A DNA stretch of 64,000 bases from Nemertoderma westbladi (lineage: Eukaryota; Animalia; Xenacoelomorpha). Location: positions 19,421 through 83,420 of the forward strand of contig JAUCBJ010008095.1 in the NCBI GenBank assembly GCA_032718475.1, in the 5' to 3' direction. Position 1 is the first letter of the stretch. Each line of letters starts with the position of its first letter. Shown piece after piece: positions 32,101-44,118 of this stretch. The translations under genes and the position numbers were made by a program. Under the pieces are notes generated by a model. That model did not search any database. It saw nothing but the letters and a program-made list of their open reading frames with translations, and was not told the origin of the DNA.

Positions 32101-34528
32101 CGTGACGGAATTAAAGCCGATCCAAGTAAACTCTCTGCTATTCGTGAATTTCCTGAACCACATGGTATCCGCGATCTCAGATCCTTCTTCGGTATCGTAA
32201 ATCAATTGGGGATGTTTTCACGAGACATAAGTGCTGCAGCTGAACCCCTTCGCCCTCTTTTAAAGAAGTCTAACCAATTTTCATGGAATTCCAATCATGC
32301 AGAAGCATTTACAAAGGTCAAGGAGGCCCTGTGCACTCCAGCTGTGCTCCAGCCATTTGACCCCAACCTTCCAACTGTCCTGCAAACTGACGCCTCCCGA
32401 ACCAAGGGACTTGGGTTTGCTCTCTTACAGAGACACTGTAATGGATTGCATCTCGTTCAGTGTGGATCTAGATTCATTTCAGATACGGAATCGCGATATG
32501 CGATGGTTGAATTGGAAATGTTGGCCATCGTGTATGCCGTACAGAAATGTCGGTTATACCTACTGGGAATAAACTTCAATTTACTCACAGATCACAAACC
32601 ATTGATACCAATATTGAACGATAAATCATTATCATCAATTGACAACCCACGATTGCTTAGAATGAAGGAGAAACTTATACCTTACACATTTGTTACCGAA
32701 TGGCAGAGTGGAGCTAACCATCATATTCCTGATGCATTATCTCGCGCCCCTGTTCAAGGGCCCAGTGAGGAAGACAAATTAGCTGAAGATGAACTACAAC
32801 ATCTTATCTGTGCTCATATATTCGCAATAGGGCAACAGATTGATGAGGATGAAGACCCACCAGGAATGACCTCACTCACGGATCCAATATTAACTAAACT
32901 CCGCAATTCAGCTGCCAGTGATTCAGACTATTGCGAGCTGGTACAATCTATAGAACGCGGTTTCCCTGAAAAGAAAGATGCACCAGCATACCTCCTTCCT
33001 TATTACAGCTTAACTGACAATCTATCAACAGATAACGGTCTAGCCCTCTTTGATTCCCGAATTATTATTCCAAAATGTCAAAGAAAGGAAGTATTAAGAC
33101 GCCTGCATGCATCTCATCAGGGTACTGAGCGTACCAAACGGCGTGCTCGGCTTACAGTATATTGGCCCGGTCTGTCCGCAGACATCATTAATGTAGTTGG
33201 CATGTGTCAACCATGCCAAGAACGGCGGGCATCCTTACCAGCCGAGCCGCTTCTTAGGGACCCACCCCCTTCTCGACCTTTTGAACAAACCGCTGCCGAT
33301 ATAGGTCACCATGGTGGGAAAGCATATCTCATATATGTAGACCGTTATTCAGGTTGGCCAGAGGTAGCAGAATTTTTGCATGAACCGGACTCCGCTAAAG
33401 TTGTTAATGTTTTAAAGCGTTTTTTTACTGCCACAGGCATTCCTGTTAAATTTAGGTCAGATGGAGGACCCCAATTTACATCATCAACATTCAAAGCCTT
33501 TGCCAGCAATTGGGAATTTGACCATGTGCAATCCATGCCTCATTTCCCATCCAGCAATGGTCTGGCCGAATCAGCTGTAAAATCCATGAAACACCTGATT
33601 GCCACCACAGGTGGTGACATTCATAGTGATAACTTCCGTCTTGGATTACTAGAATTTCGCAATACTCCGCGTACTTCCGGATACTCACCAGCACAATTAA
33701 TTTTCGGCCGCCCTTTACGTTCCATTGTGCCTTGTCATATATCAGCCTTTGCCTCTAAATGGCTTGATGACACTCATGAATCACAGTCCGAATCTACAAA
33801 CACCGCTACAAAGAACGAATTACGCCGACCTTTGACACCCTTAACCATTGGCCAAAGTGTATGGTTTCAAAATCATTCTACAAAACGATGGTCACAACAT
33901 GGTACAGTAATAGAAAGACAAGGAAGAAACTACCTTGTGAAACTGTTGTCTGGTAGATCACTGTGGCGCAACCGCCGTCATATACGCGCCCGTATCGATC
34001 CTACCAATCAAGATTCTGGAGGGAAGGTGCCCAATGATGATTCTCGTACACTGAATCCTCCGTCCACCCCGCGAGTTAAATTTCATGACAACCTCACCGA
34101 GCATGAATATGACAGTAACTCGCCACCTACTCGCCAAAGTTCCCGATTAAGGAAAGCTCCAAACTATTTCGGATTTAATTAACAGCTTTACGATTCTAAA
34201 CCGAAAGTAAATAACTGGAACAATGAACTGAAGGTAATTAACTGAAAAGAATCATTTCATCTCGATAGGGGAGTTGATGTGATTTCATATATTCAATATT
34301 TACATGTACTTATATCTTATATCTAGTTAGGTCGTCCCTGATATTGTAACTGTCAATCATATACAATACCGGTACTCCAGTATTGTACTTGTGTCGTACT
34401 TCAGTACTTGTCATATCTGCATGTCAATACATTCTGCTTGTGTCTTTCTTATCATACTACAGTGTTGTATAATCCAGCCTAATATATAGAACCTGCATAC
34501 CTAAACTGCATTTTCATATATCATAACA
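29162..34528 (+). mobile_element. Intact Ty3/Gypsy (Mag-like) LTR retrotransposon nested in B; LTRs 29162-29414 and 34275-34528; TSD CTAGT
   Basis: The LTRs differ by one T. PBS TGGCGC at 29415, PPT AGGGGAG before the 3' LTR, and CTAGT at 29157-29161 and 34529-34533. Confidence 0.97.
29506..34182 (+). CDS. Gypsy Gag-Pol polyprotein, 1558 aa, uninterrupted
   Basis: Two zinc knuckles, protease DTGA, RT (DAVKGYWQ, PMGL, VVDD), RNase H (TDAS, ELE, TDHKPL), integrase (HHCC, D-D-E, SNGLAE). Confidence 0.96.
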   Translation: MAEYNTPPSQRIQLTLDSADINGLVTGQSPPFFGFSEATTPSHDAIGFGPLVDLNGPPTTPVPVPRPDYKPAPINIAGLVQGFADVLATQQNQLEDQRRKDETFRRTEELRLRREDFAYFEQARQRDNERLQEFLSTALRQPRGDAPSDPDPGIHRRNLTHQPSRSSNNNLARSSLAKVPPPLSNEASMADFARWRRLWDGFVVIQRLDQVEREEQKAALNQALSPELQDLLHHGLNISSSGDDVDVDDILSAIESYLRQKRNIALDRIAFDERKQTAGESFDSFYVDLQRLGKDADLCSHCFDDRLVDRIITGGGDPEIRRRLLAKRPRPSLQDTVDFCRAEEAAQRNESSLSTSKILNISAKSSHKGQQRSFSQYRPQHRSKSRDKVKDRTPVPQSQPCPYCGKQKHKQGQYCPASNSTCRFCKVKGHWDTVCFKKKGTHKSKMNSNHSISNVESDEKLQTGTIKLSISSVDLTNNKNTPMVFVHLQTSNRMTSVGFYATPDTGAAVTLFPQTNLKDLSLSESELQSTSVKLSNADGGDIDCIGTFLCKITLGNRHSTVRAYVCNSAKHILLDWTVCQELGIISADFPSQESTLYVSHIPELNSLKGLPNTPTDSETNAIKESIMKEYSDVFSTEGALKPMNGEPMQIHLKDDAQPFAISTARPVSLAIRDRVKAEINRMVEQGIIAPIGDVVTQWCHPLVAVIHQSGKLRICTDFTKLNKYCIRPYHPMVTPKAAIDGISSGDKYFSTVDAVKGYWQIELAEECQHLTTFICSEGRFKYLRAPMGLSSTGDEYNHRGDLAFSGLSNYEKVVDDILIHTTDFHEHVNSVLQVLQRCRQNGITLNPTKFQFARSEVKFVGYKVGRDGIKADPSKLSAIREFPEPHGIRDLRSFFGIVNQLGMFSRDISAAAEPLRPLLKKSNQFSWNSNHAEAFTKVKEALCTPAVLQPFDPNLPTVLQTDASRTKGLGFALLQRHCNGLHLVQCGSRFISDTESRYAMVELEMLAIVYAVQKCRLYLLGINFNLLTDHKPLIPILNDKSLSSIDNPRLLRMKEKLIPYTFVTEWQSGANHHIPDALSRAPVQGPSEEDKLAEDELQHLICAHIFAIGQQIDEDEDPPGMTSLTDPILTKLRNSAASDSDYCELVQSIERGFPEKKDAPAYLLPYYSLTDNLSTDNGLALFDSRIIIPKCQRKEVLRRLHASHQGTERTKRRARLTVYWPGLSADIINVVGMCQPCQERRASLPAEPLLRDPPPSRPFEQTAADIGHHGGKAYLIYVDRYSGWPEVAEFLHEPDSAKVVNVLKRFFTATGIPVKFRSDGGPQFTSSTFKAFASNWEFDHVQSMPHFPSSNGLAESAVKSMKHLIATTGGDIHSDNFRLGLLEFRNTPRTSGYSPAQLIFGRPLRSIVPCHISAFASKWLDDTHESQSESTNTATKNELRRPLTPLTIGQSVWFQNHSTKRWSQHGTVIERQGRNYLVKLLSGRSLWRNRRHIRARIDPTNQDSGGKVPNDDSRTLNPPSTPRVKFHDNLTEHEYDSNSPPTRQSSRLRKAPNYFGFN

Positions 34529-35437
34529 CTAGTCAATTAAAATATCGCAGTATTTACCGATATTCTTAAAAGGACGATTTTATAGAATTAAGGATCCTGA
34601 GTTCCCAGACATGCTCTGGAATAAAATTTGTGTCAATTTAACATCAAATAATAAAATTCACGGGAATAAATTTAAATTCATATTCAAATGAATTTCATAA
34701 ATTGTCATTTTTTGCAATTTATAACATTCCCAAAATTCTAGTAATTAATAGATCATGGGAGCGGAGATTCATATTGAGTGTATTAAAGTGCGAGAATCTC
34801 CAACATATAGTCAATAGCCGATAAAATTTATAAAATCATGCATAAAGAGGATATTGACAACTAAAGAATTACTATTAAATAACATCCCAGATCTGTATGC
34901 ATGAGAATTACCCTAATTCTACCGCTAGTTTTCCATAATGTCACCATGGCAACACCCACGCTAGAATTAGAAGCAAGTTAAAGGAACAATAAAAGGCTTG
35001 CCCCATTGCGTAGCCTAAGAGGATACATAGCGCACTATTAGTATCCAAGGATACATAGTAATAACGTGACATTCTGGAAGACACTGACTAACGGACAAAT
35101 GGCCTGCATGTGTGCAGTAAGTAATGATTGTATGGAATTTGTGCGTTTATAGGTGAATGTTACTACTAAAGTGTGTTTACAGTAGCTAATCGCAATTGTA
35201 AAGTAGCCCTAACTCTACCGAGATAACCTCAAGTGGATTCAAGCCTTTGGGATGGACAGTGGTGGGACTTGTGCCGGTTATCGTTGTCGTGCTGTTGCTA
35301 CATGTTGGCGTAAACACCGCGACAACGGTACATCGGCGCTGAGAAACCCACTGTCCGGGGGCAAAGACTAGTAGGCAGCGACGCCCACTTGCCTAAATAT
35401 TGACTCATACTAATATTAATAAACTCAGATAGCAGAT

Positions 35438-36898
35438 ATGACGGAATTAATAGAAGATGATCTTGGTATCAGGGAACGATATACTCTACCTTTACAAGCA
35501 TTTGTGGATAGCTTGATACGCGGTGAAGCCGATCCAACCATTACGGAGGACGATGGTCGTTATATCGAACCGCCGATGTCCCAAGAGCAACTTACGCGTG
35601 AATTGGACTATCGAAAATTAACCGCTCGCTATACGCATCGTAATGGTACGTATATGGACTTCCTAACTACTGGCCATCCTATCGATTTACATGATACGGA
35701 CGATGTATACACCGAAAGGGAAATGGTTCTATTTAAATATCATACCCAGCGGAGTCGTAACGATAAACCGAGAATAGATCACGAAAATTATATTCGTAAC
35801 AGACTGGGAAGACGAACCAATATGCCTAGAATCTGAGGAGATTCAGCCTATCGCGCCCGGAACAACGACAACGATTACCTCCTAGAATGGTATCAAGGTC
35901 CACAGTGTCTCACTGCGTACGATTATCGCCATGCCAACTATGTTTCTCGGCAACGTTGTCGGTTATGCGCATCGAGAGACCATGTTACGCCCATGGACAC
36001 AAACGTCCGCTGTTCCTATTTCCACGAACAACCGACGATGGAAATTTATTGCGCGTATTACAGACTCAATAACTTGCACATTTTTGCGGTTTGCCCTCAA
36101 TTTATGACTCAATGTCACCATTGTCAACTAAAGGGACGCGCCAGTTTCGATTGCCCTTTTTAGTCACGATTTGGAAAGCGTAGATGAAATGATCACACTA
36201 CGTTACATCAGAGCTTGGGAAGCGAACGCTGATTTACATTGTGATTCGCGCCATCGTTATTATCCTGGACGCGCTTATGAAGGAGTTTATGCGTTCCATC
36301 CTTATTCCATCCTTATCTATTCGCTTCTGTCGAACAGAAATCACGCATATCGAGTTACGAACTACTGAAGCGCGTCGGAGAATGTATTTCAACCAAGTTC
36401 GTACGCAAATTTCTCAGGAGGGTTAATCCTAGCAACCTTCATTCCTATAACTTAATCAGTTATATCCGTCAGGACCCGGACTATGGAGACTTATTTGTTA
36501 ACTCATACCCCGAGTTACAGGAAGTATATCGACGGCCTTACGAATACCGAGCCCGCGAACGCGAGTTGGAAAGAACCATTAAACCCAGGAAGTTTCTAAC
36601 TGCCTATGGTCCACCTACGGCTCTCGTTCAGACCACTCGTAAAGGACCCGTAAGAGCGGCTGTCCTAAAACGCGCTCTAAAGGCCGCTAGACCCCTCTCC
36701 CCCGACGTTGATGTCAATCAACTCGGCACTTCGACTGGCGGATACACCGACCATAATCCTATACCCTCTGATGCAATCATATTGCACCCTTCACCCAGGA
36801 GTTATAGCCCTCCTTGTAAAGTGGCTCGCCCCAAAGAGAAAAAGACTCTGGCTAGCTTTAAAAAACTGCGTAAACGCCGTCCGCGTAAGAAAGATTAA
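35438..36898 (+). pseudogene. Disrupted accessory ORF of element B (triple zinc-knuckle region homologous to that of C)
   Basis: Reading through TGA at 35834 gives CRLCASRDH...C, YCAYYRLNNLHIFAVCPQFMTQCHHCQLKGRASFDC, then after a shift WEANADLH...R..P.RA..G. This matches C (ICGWC...HTFYTCWRFMAQCSYCNIKGHRASEC...WEDLADEH...R*FPMRAHLG). Confidence 0.7.
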
Positions 36899-36976
36899 CT
36901 GTTTAGAGTATTTACGTATATTAGAAACTGTGATTTTGTATATTTTATAGACTTAAATCCCATTTTCTGGGAGCGG

Positions 36977-38174
36977 TGTAAAAGCTTTTGTGGGATAACT
37001 GGTTCGTTTGCCTTGCTGGCCAGTTCCCCCCGGTCGCTAGAATACTCTAAAAAGGGATCTATAGCTAAAATAGTGCAAGCTACCAGCTTATTGGCTGATT
37101 TGCTGTACGAAGGTATCTGGGCTCCGTTTAATCGGCCAACCAGCCTAGGAAAGTTGCGTCATAGCCCTGTTTCTGTATCTGCCAATAGAATTTGAGTTGG
37201 CGTTGATTTTGACCTATCCCAGAGCTACTGAACTGAATTTCCTATCTGTATGCTCATCCTCTGTGTTGGACGGGAGCTTCGTGGAATAAGGGTAGTTGGT
37301 ATCCTCGTATAGAGTAGTAGTCATATGATTCTGTTGTTGTGTTCCCATTTTTTCGCCATAACACCGGCTTTTGGAACAACTCTAGCAAAAACTGCTTAGA
37401 TTATAGAAAAGTATAACTGTTACCGGCGGTGTTACCTCACTTAATTTAACGGCACGGCACGGACTTTAATTACTAATCATATTGTTTGTACTGTTATTTA
37501 CCGTCAGTTATTAATTGTATCGATTTGTTGATGAAATATTGTCATTTGGAGAATATTGATAAATCACCCAAATTTCCCAATTTTCTTGATACACTACAGG
37601 TTAGAGAGACAGGCTATATATAACAATTGCGATTTATATCAATGTGGTGTGTATTGAATCTAATGTTATTTAGTAGACACTACCTGAGTCAATTGCTGTT
37701 CTCTTTATGTGTGATCAAATATACTGACGGTCGGCAGAATAGTGTGCATGATTGTGAGTGTGACTGGTAACAAAGCATTTCCTAAAGAATGCGCCTTATA
37801 CTTTAATCATAAGCCTTATCGTTGCGTTTAGTATAAGTCCTAGCTCTGTTTAAATAGATAGAGCACCTCGTCCTAAAGGAACTGTTAATATTTCCCGAAA
37901 GTTAATAATATCTGTCAGAAATTACATATTAGCGATCAATCGAATAATACAGTAGGCTTACACTGCAACCTTACACTGCAATAATAAAATCTAAGCATCC
38001 GAATTCAGCCTCCCGGGTGTATCCATCGGGTGAATGATCGCGCATGGGCTGGCTTCGGCTAATGTTTTGTTTATTAGCATAAAATATTGTCGTATGCTAA
38101 AGGTGTGTTAATTAACTAAAAGACATATAAATTTTGGCAGGTTAAACTGCTAAAGGTCTTCAAAAGCGCGAACA
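36977..38174 (+). repeat. 3' LTR of element B (1198 bp)
   Basis: Direct repeat of 16909-18104, preceded by the PPT. Confidence 0.95.
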
Positions 38175-38799
38175 GATATTATTACTTTATAGGGCTATTA
38201 TTACTAGGTACTTTATATTATTATTAGGTTCTTACATTATATTACTAGTAGGTACTTTATGTTATTACTTTATTATTTATTACGATTGCCGACCCAATAT
38301 TCCCCACCCCTGGGGAAACTAGGCGAATCAATATCCCGCCTCAATGTTAAATTCTCAATTTAGGGAAAGGAGCAGGTTACAGTGGCACGTTATTTTAAAC
38401 AAAACAATAAACTAAACATAACATAACAGGTTACAGTTTTATTTTTGAGAGTAATCAGCTGTTATTTGCGTCGAATTTCACCTGGAGATGGATGAATTTT
38501 TATTGCGTCCAGTTTCCCCCCCCCCCCCCCCCTTATTTTGTCCCCTTCCCGTTATTCGGAGGAATTTAGTTTGTGCTGCCTTATCACCAGAATGTGAGTC
38601 GCGCCGTTTCTGCCTTTCCATAGATCGCCTTTGTACTCCATTAAGAAGGGTGTTTGCTAGGGTACAGCAATCAGCTATTGGTGGCAGTTGGGATATACCG
38701 TAATAGACCGCAATAATGTGTATTACTTGAGTTAGTTGTTTGTAGTACCGTATAGGTATAGTTCCATCATGTACAGCATCCACCCATGCAGCAGACGCC

Positions 38800-39903
38800 A
38801 TGGTCCTGGTCCACCATACCAGGTGATGCGGAGTAAGTTGTAATCCACCACGAGTTAGGGCTTGGGTAAATATATTATCCTCCTCTTAAATATCACCACT
38901 GATGTCTAACTCTGGGATTACCTTTACCAGGAATCCTGCGACGTATCCAGCTGCCTGAAACTCATCATAACTGACTTCAATATCCACTAGCTGTTAAATT
39001 TTTCTCAGCATTTCCGTTGTTATTAGGACATACTTTCGGATGTTCAGGTGCTTTCAAAGTGCATGGGATATCGTCTAATAGAACAAAGTCTAAAGTATAA
39101 ACTCAAGCTGAGACTTATATTTGGATGACTCAAGATCAATCGCGGCATTAACGTACTCCTTAGCTTTCGTAAGTAGCGATGTCGTAGTACCAACATTACG
39201 TTTCACGACTGCAATGACTTCTTCCAACTGAGACCAACGTATAAGTTGGCTATTACGAGCGAGGCAATGCGAAAACCCCAAGCTGCAACCCAGCTGATCA
39301 ACCGCCGATCGGCTGATACAAACATGTCCGAGGAAAGTTGACTCTTTGATGAAAGTGAAACCTGTCCAATATACTGTATACTTCGTTATGGAAAAAGAAG
39401 AGCAATACTTGGAACTGCGATAGTTTCACAAAAATGTCAGTACGCGACCGTATCCTGCAATTCCCTTTAGCCACGTAGAAACAACAGGCAGGCAGGTTCA
39501 GTCAGCTGCAAAAAGCCCCCAATTAAATCTCACTCCATGCACTCATTGAGTAACTGAAGTTGGCGTTCCTCAATGTGAGGGATGTCTCGTGGAGTGGGGG
39601 GTCGCGGCGGAACTCACGATAAGGGAAGTCCAGGGAAGTATATCGGAATATTGTTGGTCGCAAGGAACCGCCAGGGACTTTCTTGTGCGGAATTCCCTTG
39701 GAAAACTCTGGCCACTGTTGAGTACAAATGACGGCAGTGCTTCCATACTTAAACAGAGAGCCGTCATCTGCACTGCATCGTGGTAGGCCTAGTGCGGCGA
39801 TCCACTGATCTCGTTCGGCATCGACAGGAGGAAGTTTCACTACACGAACGGGATTTCCTGCGTAATTGCCGTCGCAGCCAAATACGCAACAATAATTAGG
39901 CAT
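38800..39903 (-). pseudogene. THAP-domain / P-element-like transposase remnant, internally deleted
   Basis: MPNYCCVFGC...KLP....R.QW...VIC..QW...PTIF is a THAP domain with the His replaced. Downstream fragments AAGYVAG and LTRGGL..TP resemble the P transposase C-terminus. Termini not resolved. Confidence 0.65.
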
Positions 39904-40399
39904 AATAATAATAAATAACTTGTTCTGTTGGTAGTTTAGCCTAATGTTGTAATACGGCACCTTAAATACCTACCTATCAGCCTATAGCAGTATAGTAATT
40001 GATTTAATTACTACCAAATGGTACCACCTACCGGTAGGCCTACCTGTACCGGAACGGTCGCGGTACCGTACCGGTAGCATCATACTGTCATACGAGTACG
40101 GGCTACCACTGTACCAGGGTAGGGCCATACAGCCGTCCAGTTGAATGTACTGTAACTAGACTATCTGACTTTCTAACTGTACTATTCCCATATACCAGAG
40201 GTAGCGGTAGGACTATAATACAGCTATATGCTATAAGGCTATAACTATTCATTCTACGGTAGTACAGTAGTACAGTAGTAGGCTATTCAGGTAGTACAGC
40301 TTACAGCAGTATGAAATTAATGGACTTCGCTAGCGAAGTCGGATCAGGCAGTGTGCCAGTCCTGTAGTATAGTAGTCCTTGGGTACAGTAAATCATAAC

Positions 40400-41412
40400 A
40401 GGTCATGCAGCGCGCGGATTCCTGAAATTAGCGGAGGCCGATCGTTTCCCTATTTATGACACTATTTTCATAATATTTTCTTAGAAACCTCTCTTATGCA
40501 ACTTTGGTTAGGTGGATATGATGACTAGGGTTCATAGAAATGTAATAAAATATCTTTCTGGAATTTTTTATCTTGTAGTTGCCAAGGTAACCGGGTGCAA
40601 AGTTCAAATTTCGAGCGCCTGTAATTCAAGACGACGATGGATTCTGTTCTTGAGATTTGGTATATGAGTAAAGGGAATAAAAGTCTATCAAAATATTTTA
40701 AATTTAAATTTATTTTCAATCCCGTTTCCATGGTGACGGGAATTACGATAATGTCCCATATGACCGCCAGATAGAAATTGGGCTACTATTTACTACTTAT
40801 ATAATTTTAAACAAACATGCCTGGTGGCTGTCCTTTATTTCTAATAATTGCTAACCGAAATTTAATATTCTGGAATGTCAAAATCATGCTATCACAGGTC
40901 TTGCTCTCTGATTGGACAGTTTAGTTTATTGGTAAATATTGACTTTTAAAAATATGATTCACAATTGACGAATTATAAAATAAAATGTTGGCAATTTTAA
41001 CATATTATTTAGACTGACAACCGAAATAAAAAGGGTGTTTTATAGAATTGGTAGACAATTTTTAAAATTTTTCATTATACGTATTTCCATGGCAACGGAA
41101 ATGTAAACAAATTCAAATGTAAAATATTTTGATAGACTTTGATTTCTTTTAATCACCTACCAAATCTCAAGGGAAGAATCCATTGTCGCCTTGAAATACA
41201 GGCAAGTTTTAACTTTGCACCCGGTTACCTTGGCAACTACAAGATAAAAATTCCAGAGACATTTTATTACATTTCTGTGAACCCTGGTCATCATATCCAC
41301 CTAACAAAAGTAGCATAAAAGAAGTTTCTAAGGAAATATTATGAAAATAGTGCCATAAATAGGGAAAAGATCGGCCCACGCTAATTTCAACAATCCGCTC
41401 GCTGCATGACCT
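40400..41412. mobile_element. Foldback/MITE with ~340-bp inverted arms
   Basis: AGGTCATGCAGCG ... CGCTGCATGACCT, with arms alignable throughout. No ORF. Confidence 0.85.
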
Positions 41413-42074
41413 CACCTTGAGTAAATCAGAGCGTTTAAACTAAGATTTTCCCGCGCTTGTGTATAAACCCCTCAATGTCAGCCGGAACTCGATGAATTTA
41501 AAAACGGTTTTTTTTCAAATTCGTGATCAGCACACCTTTTTACATTTTATGATCGTGTTTATATAAATTTTTTTTTGAGTCACCAACCCTACTGTTTGGG
41601 TCCGCTATAGAGCCTTTGCCTTTGTACAGGATTTTTATAAAGTTCTGTTTCCAAATGGCCGGAAGTCTACCTGCATCGAGACAAAGGTTAAATAGTGCAG
41701 TTAAAATGGTGATAATTAGAGGCAGTGCCTGTTTGGCGTGTTCATAATGTAAACGATCTGGGCCACATGCTTTCTTATTGGCGGTAGAGCGTTTTTAACT
41801 GTATTTTTATACTAGCTAGTGTTTAAATTTTTTGTTGTCTTAAATGTTCTAGAACATGTAAGTTATTGATTAAAATATACTGTTAGCTGGTGTTTATAAA
41901 AAATGTACTAGATATATTTAACACTTTCTAACATATTAATTTTCTAAAACATCCCGCTGCAAAAAAATTATTATTTATGGTAGCTAGTGGGGAGGAGTAC
42001 GGAACTTTTTTAGCTTCTATTTTTTGAAATTGTAGACAGCAGATTAGCTAATATTCTAAAAAAATATTTTTAGT

Positions 42075-43160
42075 GGGCGGAACTATAAGTACAAAATGTA
42101 GCCACGGGCGGAAATATAAAAATTTAATGTAGCCACGGGCGGAACTATATGAACAAAATGTAGCCACGGGCGGAACTATAACAACAAAATGTAGCCACGG
42201 GCGGAACTATAACAACAAAATGTAGCCATGGGCGGAACTATAAGAACAAAATATAGCCACGGGCGGAACTATAAGAATAAAATGTAGCTACGGGCGGAAC
42301 CATAAGAACAAAATGTAGCCGTGGGCGGAACTATAACAACAAAATGTAGCCATGGGCGGAACTATAAGAACAAAATATAGCCACGGGCGGAACTATAAGA
42401 ATAAAATGTAGCTACGGGCGGAACCATAAGAACAAAATGTAGCCGTGGGCGGAACTATAAGAACAAAATGTAGCCACGGGCGGAACTATAAGGACAAAAT
42501 GTAGCCATGGGCGGAACTATAAGAACAAAGTGGCCATGGGCGGAACTGTAAGAACTTAATGTAGCCACGGGCGGAACTATAAGAACATAATGTAGCCATG
42601 GGCGGAACTATAAGGACAAAATGTAGCCATGGGCGGAACTATATGAACAAAGTGGCCATGGGCGGAACTGTAAGAACTTAATGTAGCCACGGGCGGAACT
42701 ATAAGGACAAAATGTAGCCATGGGCGGAACTATAAGAACAAAGTGGCCATGGGCGGAACTGTAAGAACTTAATGTAGCCACGGGCGGAACTATAAGGACA
42801 AAATGTAGCCATGGGCGGAACTATAAGAACAAAGTGGCCATGGGCGGAACTGTAAGAACATAATGTAGCCACGGGCGGAACTATAAGAACATAATGTAGC
42901 CATGGGCGGAACTATAAGGACAAAATGTAGCCGTGGGCGGAACTATAAGAACTTAATGTAGCCACGGGCGGAACTATAAGAACTTAATGTAGCCACGGGC
43001 GGAACTATAAGAACAAAGTGGCCATGGGTGGAACTGTAAGAACATAATGTAGCCACGGTCGGAACTATAAGAACAAAATATAGCCACGGTAGGAACTATT
43101 ATGATCAAAATGTAGCCACGGGCGGAACTATAAGTACAAAATGTAGCCACGGGCGGAACT
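42075..43160. repeat. Minisatellite, ~35 units of 31 bp (GGGCGGAACTATAAGAACAAAATGTAGCCAC) with 29-bp variants
   Basis: Read directly. 91-bp and 124-bp higher-order blocks are visible. Confidence 0.95.
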
Positions 43161-43166
43161 CCAGCC

Positions 43167-44044
43167 AATTTTTCTACAAATCTTAATGGGATTGCATGAA
43201 ATTTGAAACAGAGTTAGTTTCATCTCCCTCCTCCTTGCTGGGTGAGCCAGAATTTTTATTTCTGCATTCGTTCTTTAGCTACAAGCGTCTAAAAAAAGTG
43301 TCTTCGTCGATATTGCACCAGTTACACCGCAGTTATTCTTCAAACTTTTTTAGTGATTTGTTGGTACTAGTGGAAAGCTGGCCGTGCAGGGATTCCAAAT
43401 ATGTAACACAATTTGAATTTCGTTGAAAAATAGCGGAGATATGGGCGTTCAAATTTTGCATGGTTATGCACCTACGCGAGGCTATTTATTCTGTTTAATA
43501 AATACATCATAATCTGGAATATTTTGTTTATCCAAAACGTAGCTGGGCAACTAACAGTAGCAACTAACAGGACTAACAGTGCATTACATCTTTAATCATA
43601 CTATTAAGTAGCTATTCCTACATTTAAAAAATGTTCCAGAACATCGTTTATTTATTAAATAGAATAAAATAGCCTCGCGTCGTTGCAAAACCATGCAACA
43701 TTTGAACGCCCATATCTCAGCTATTTTTCAACGAAATTCAAATTGTGTCACATATTTGGAATCCTTGCATGACCAGCTTTTCATTGGTACCAACAAACAG
43801 CTATAAGGTAGAAGAATAACTGCGGTGTAACTGGTGTAATATCGCTGGAGACACTTTTTTAAACGCTTGTAGCTAAAGATTCTAAAAATAAAAATTCTGG
43901 CTCACCCAGTCAGTGGTCGGGAGGTGAAACTATCTCTGTTTCAAATTTCATGCAATCTCATTAAGATTTGTAGAAAAATTAGGGGGAGGGGGGGGGGGGG
44001 GGGGTGTCACTGAATTACGACACTATATTATGGGACATGGTGTA
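43167..44044. mobile_element. Foldback/MITE with ~330-bp inverted arms (43167-43500 / 43660-43980); left terminus lost
   Basis: The arms are reverse complements. The right end TATTATGGGACATGGTG-TA resembles ends at ~56520 and ~61060, and a partial arm copy lies at ~54085-54215. Confidence 0.8.
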
Positions 44045-44118
44045 TATAGATTACAATTGTTCCAGTCATTGATTATTATAATATAAACCAGAAACCTACA
44101 CTAAATTATATATATACA

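Larger units (their letters stand above)
16909..38174 (+). mobile_element. BEL/Pao LTR retrotransposon B, near full length (~15.9 kb without the nested Gypsy)
   Basis: Two ~1.2-kb LTRs (TG...CA), gag-PR-RT-RH-IN order with three Gag zinc knuckles, and PPT GGGAGCGG at 36969-36976. Confidence 0.95.
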
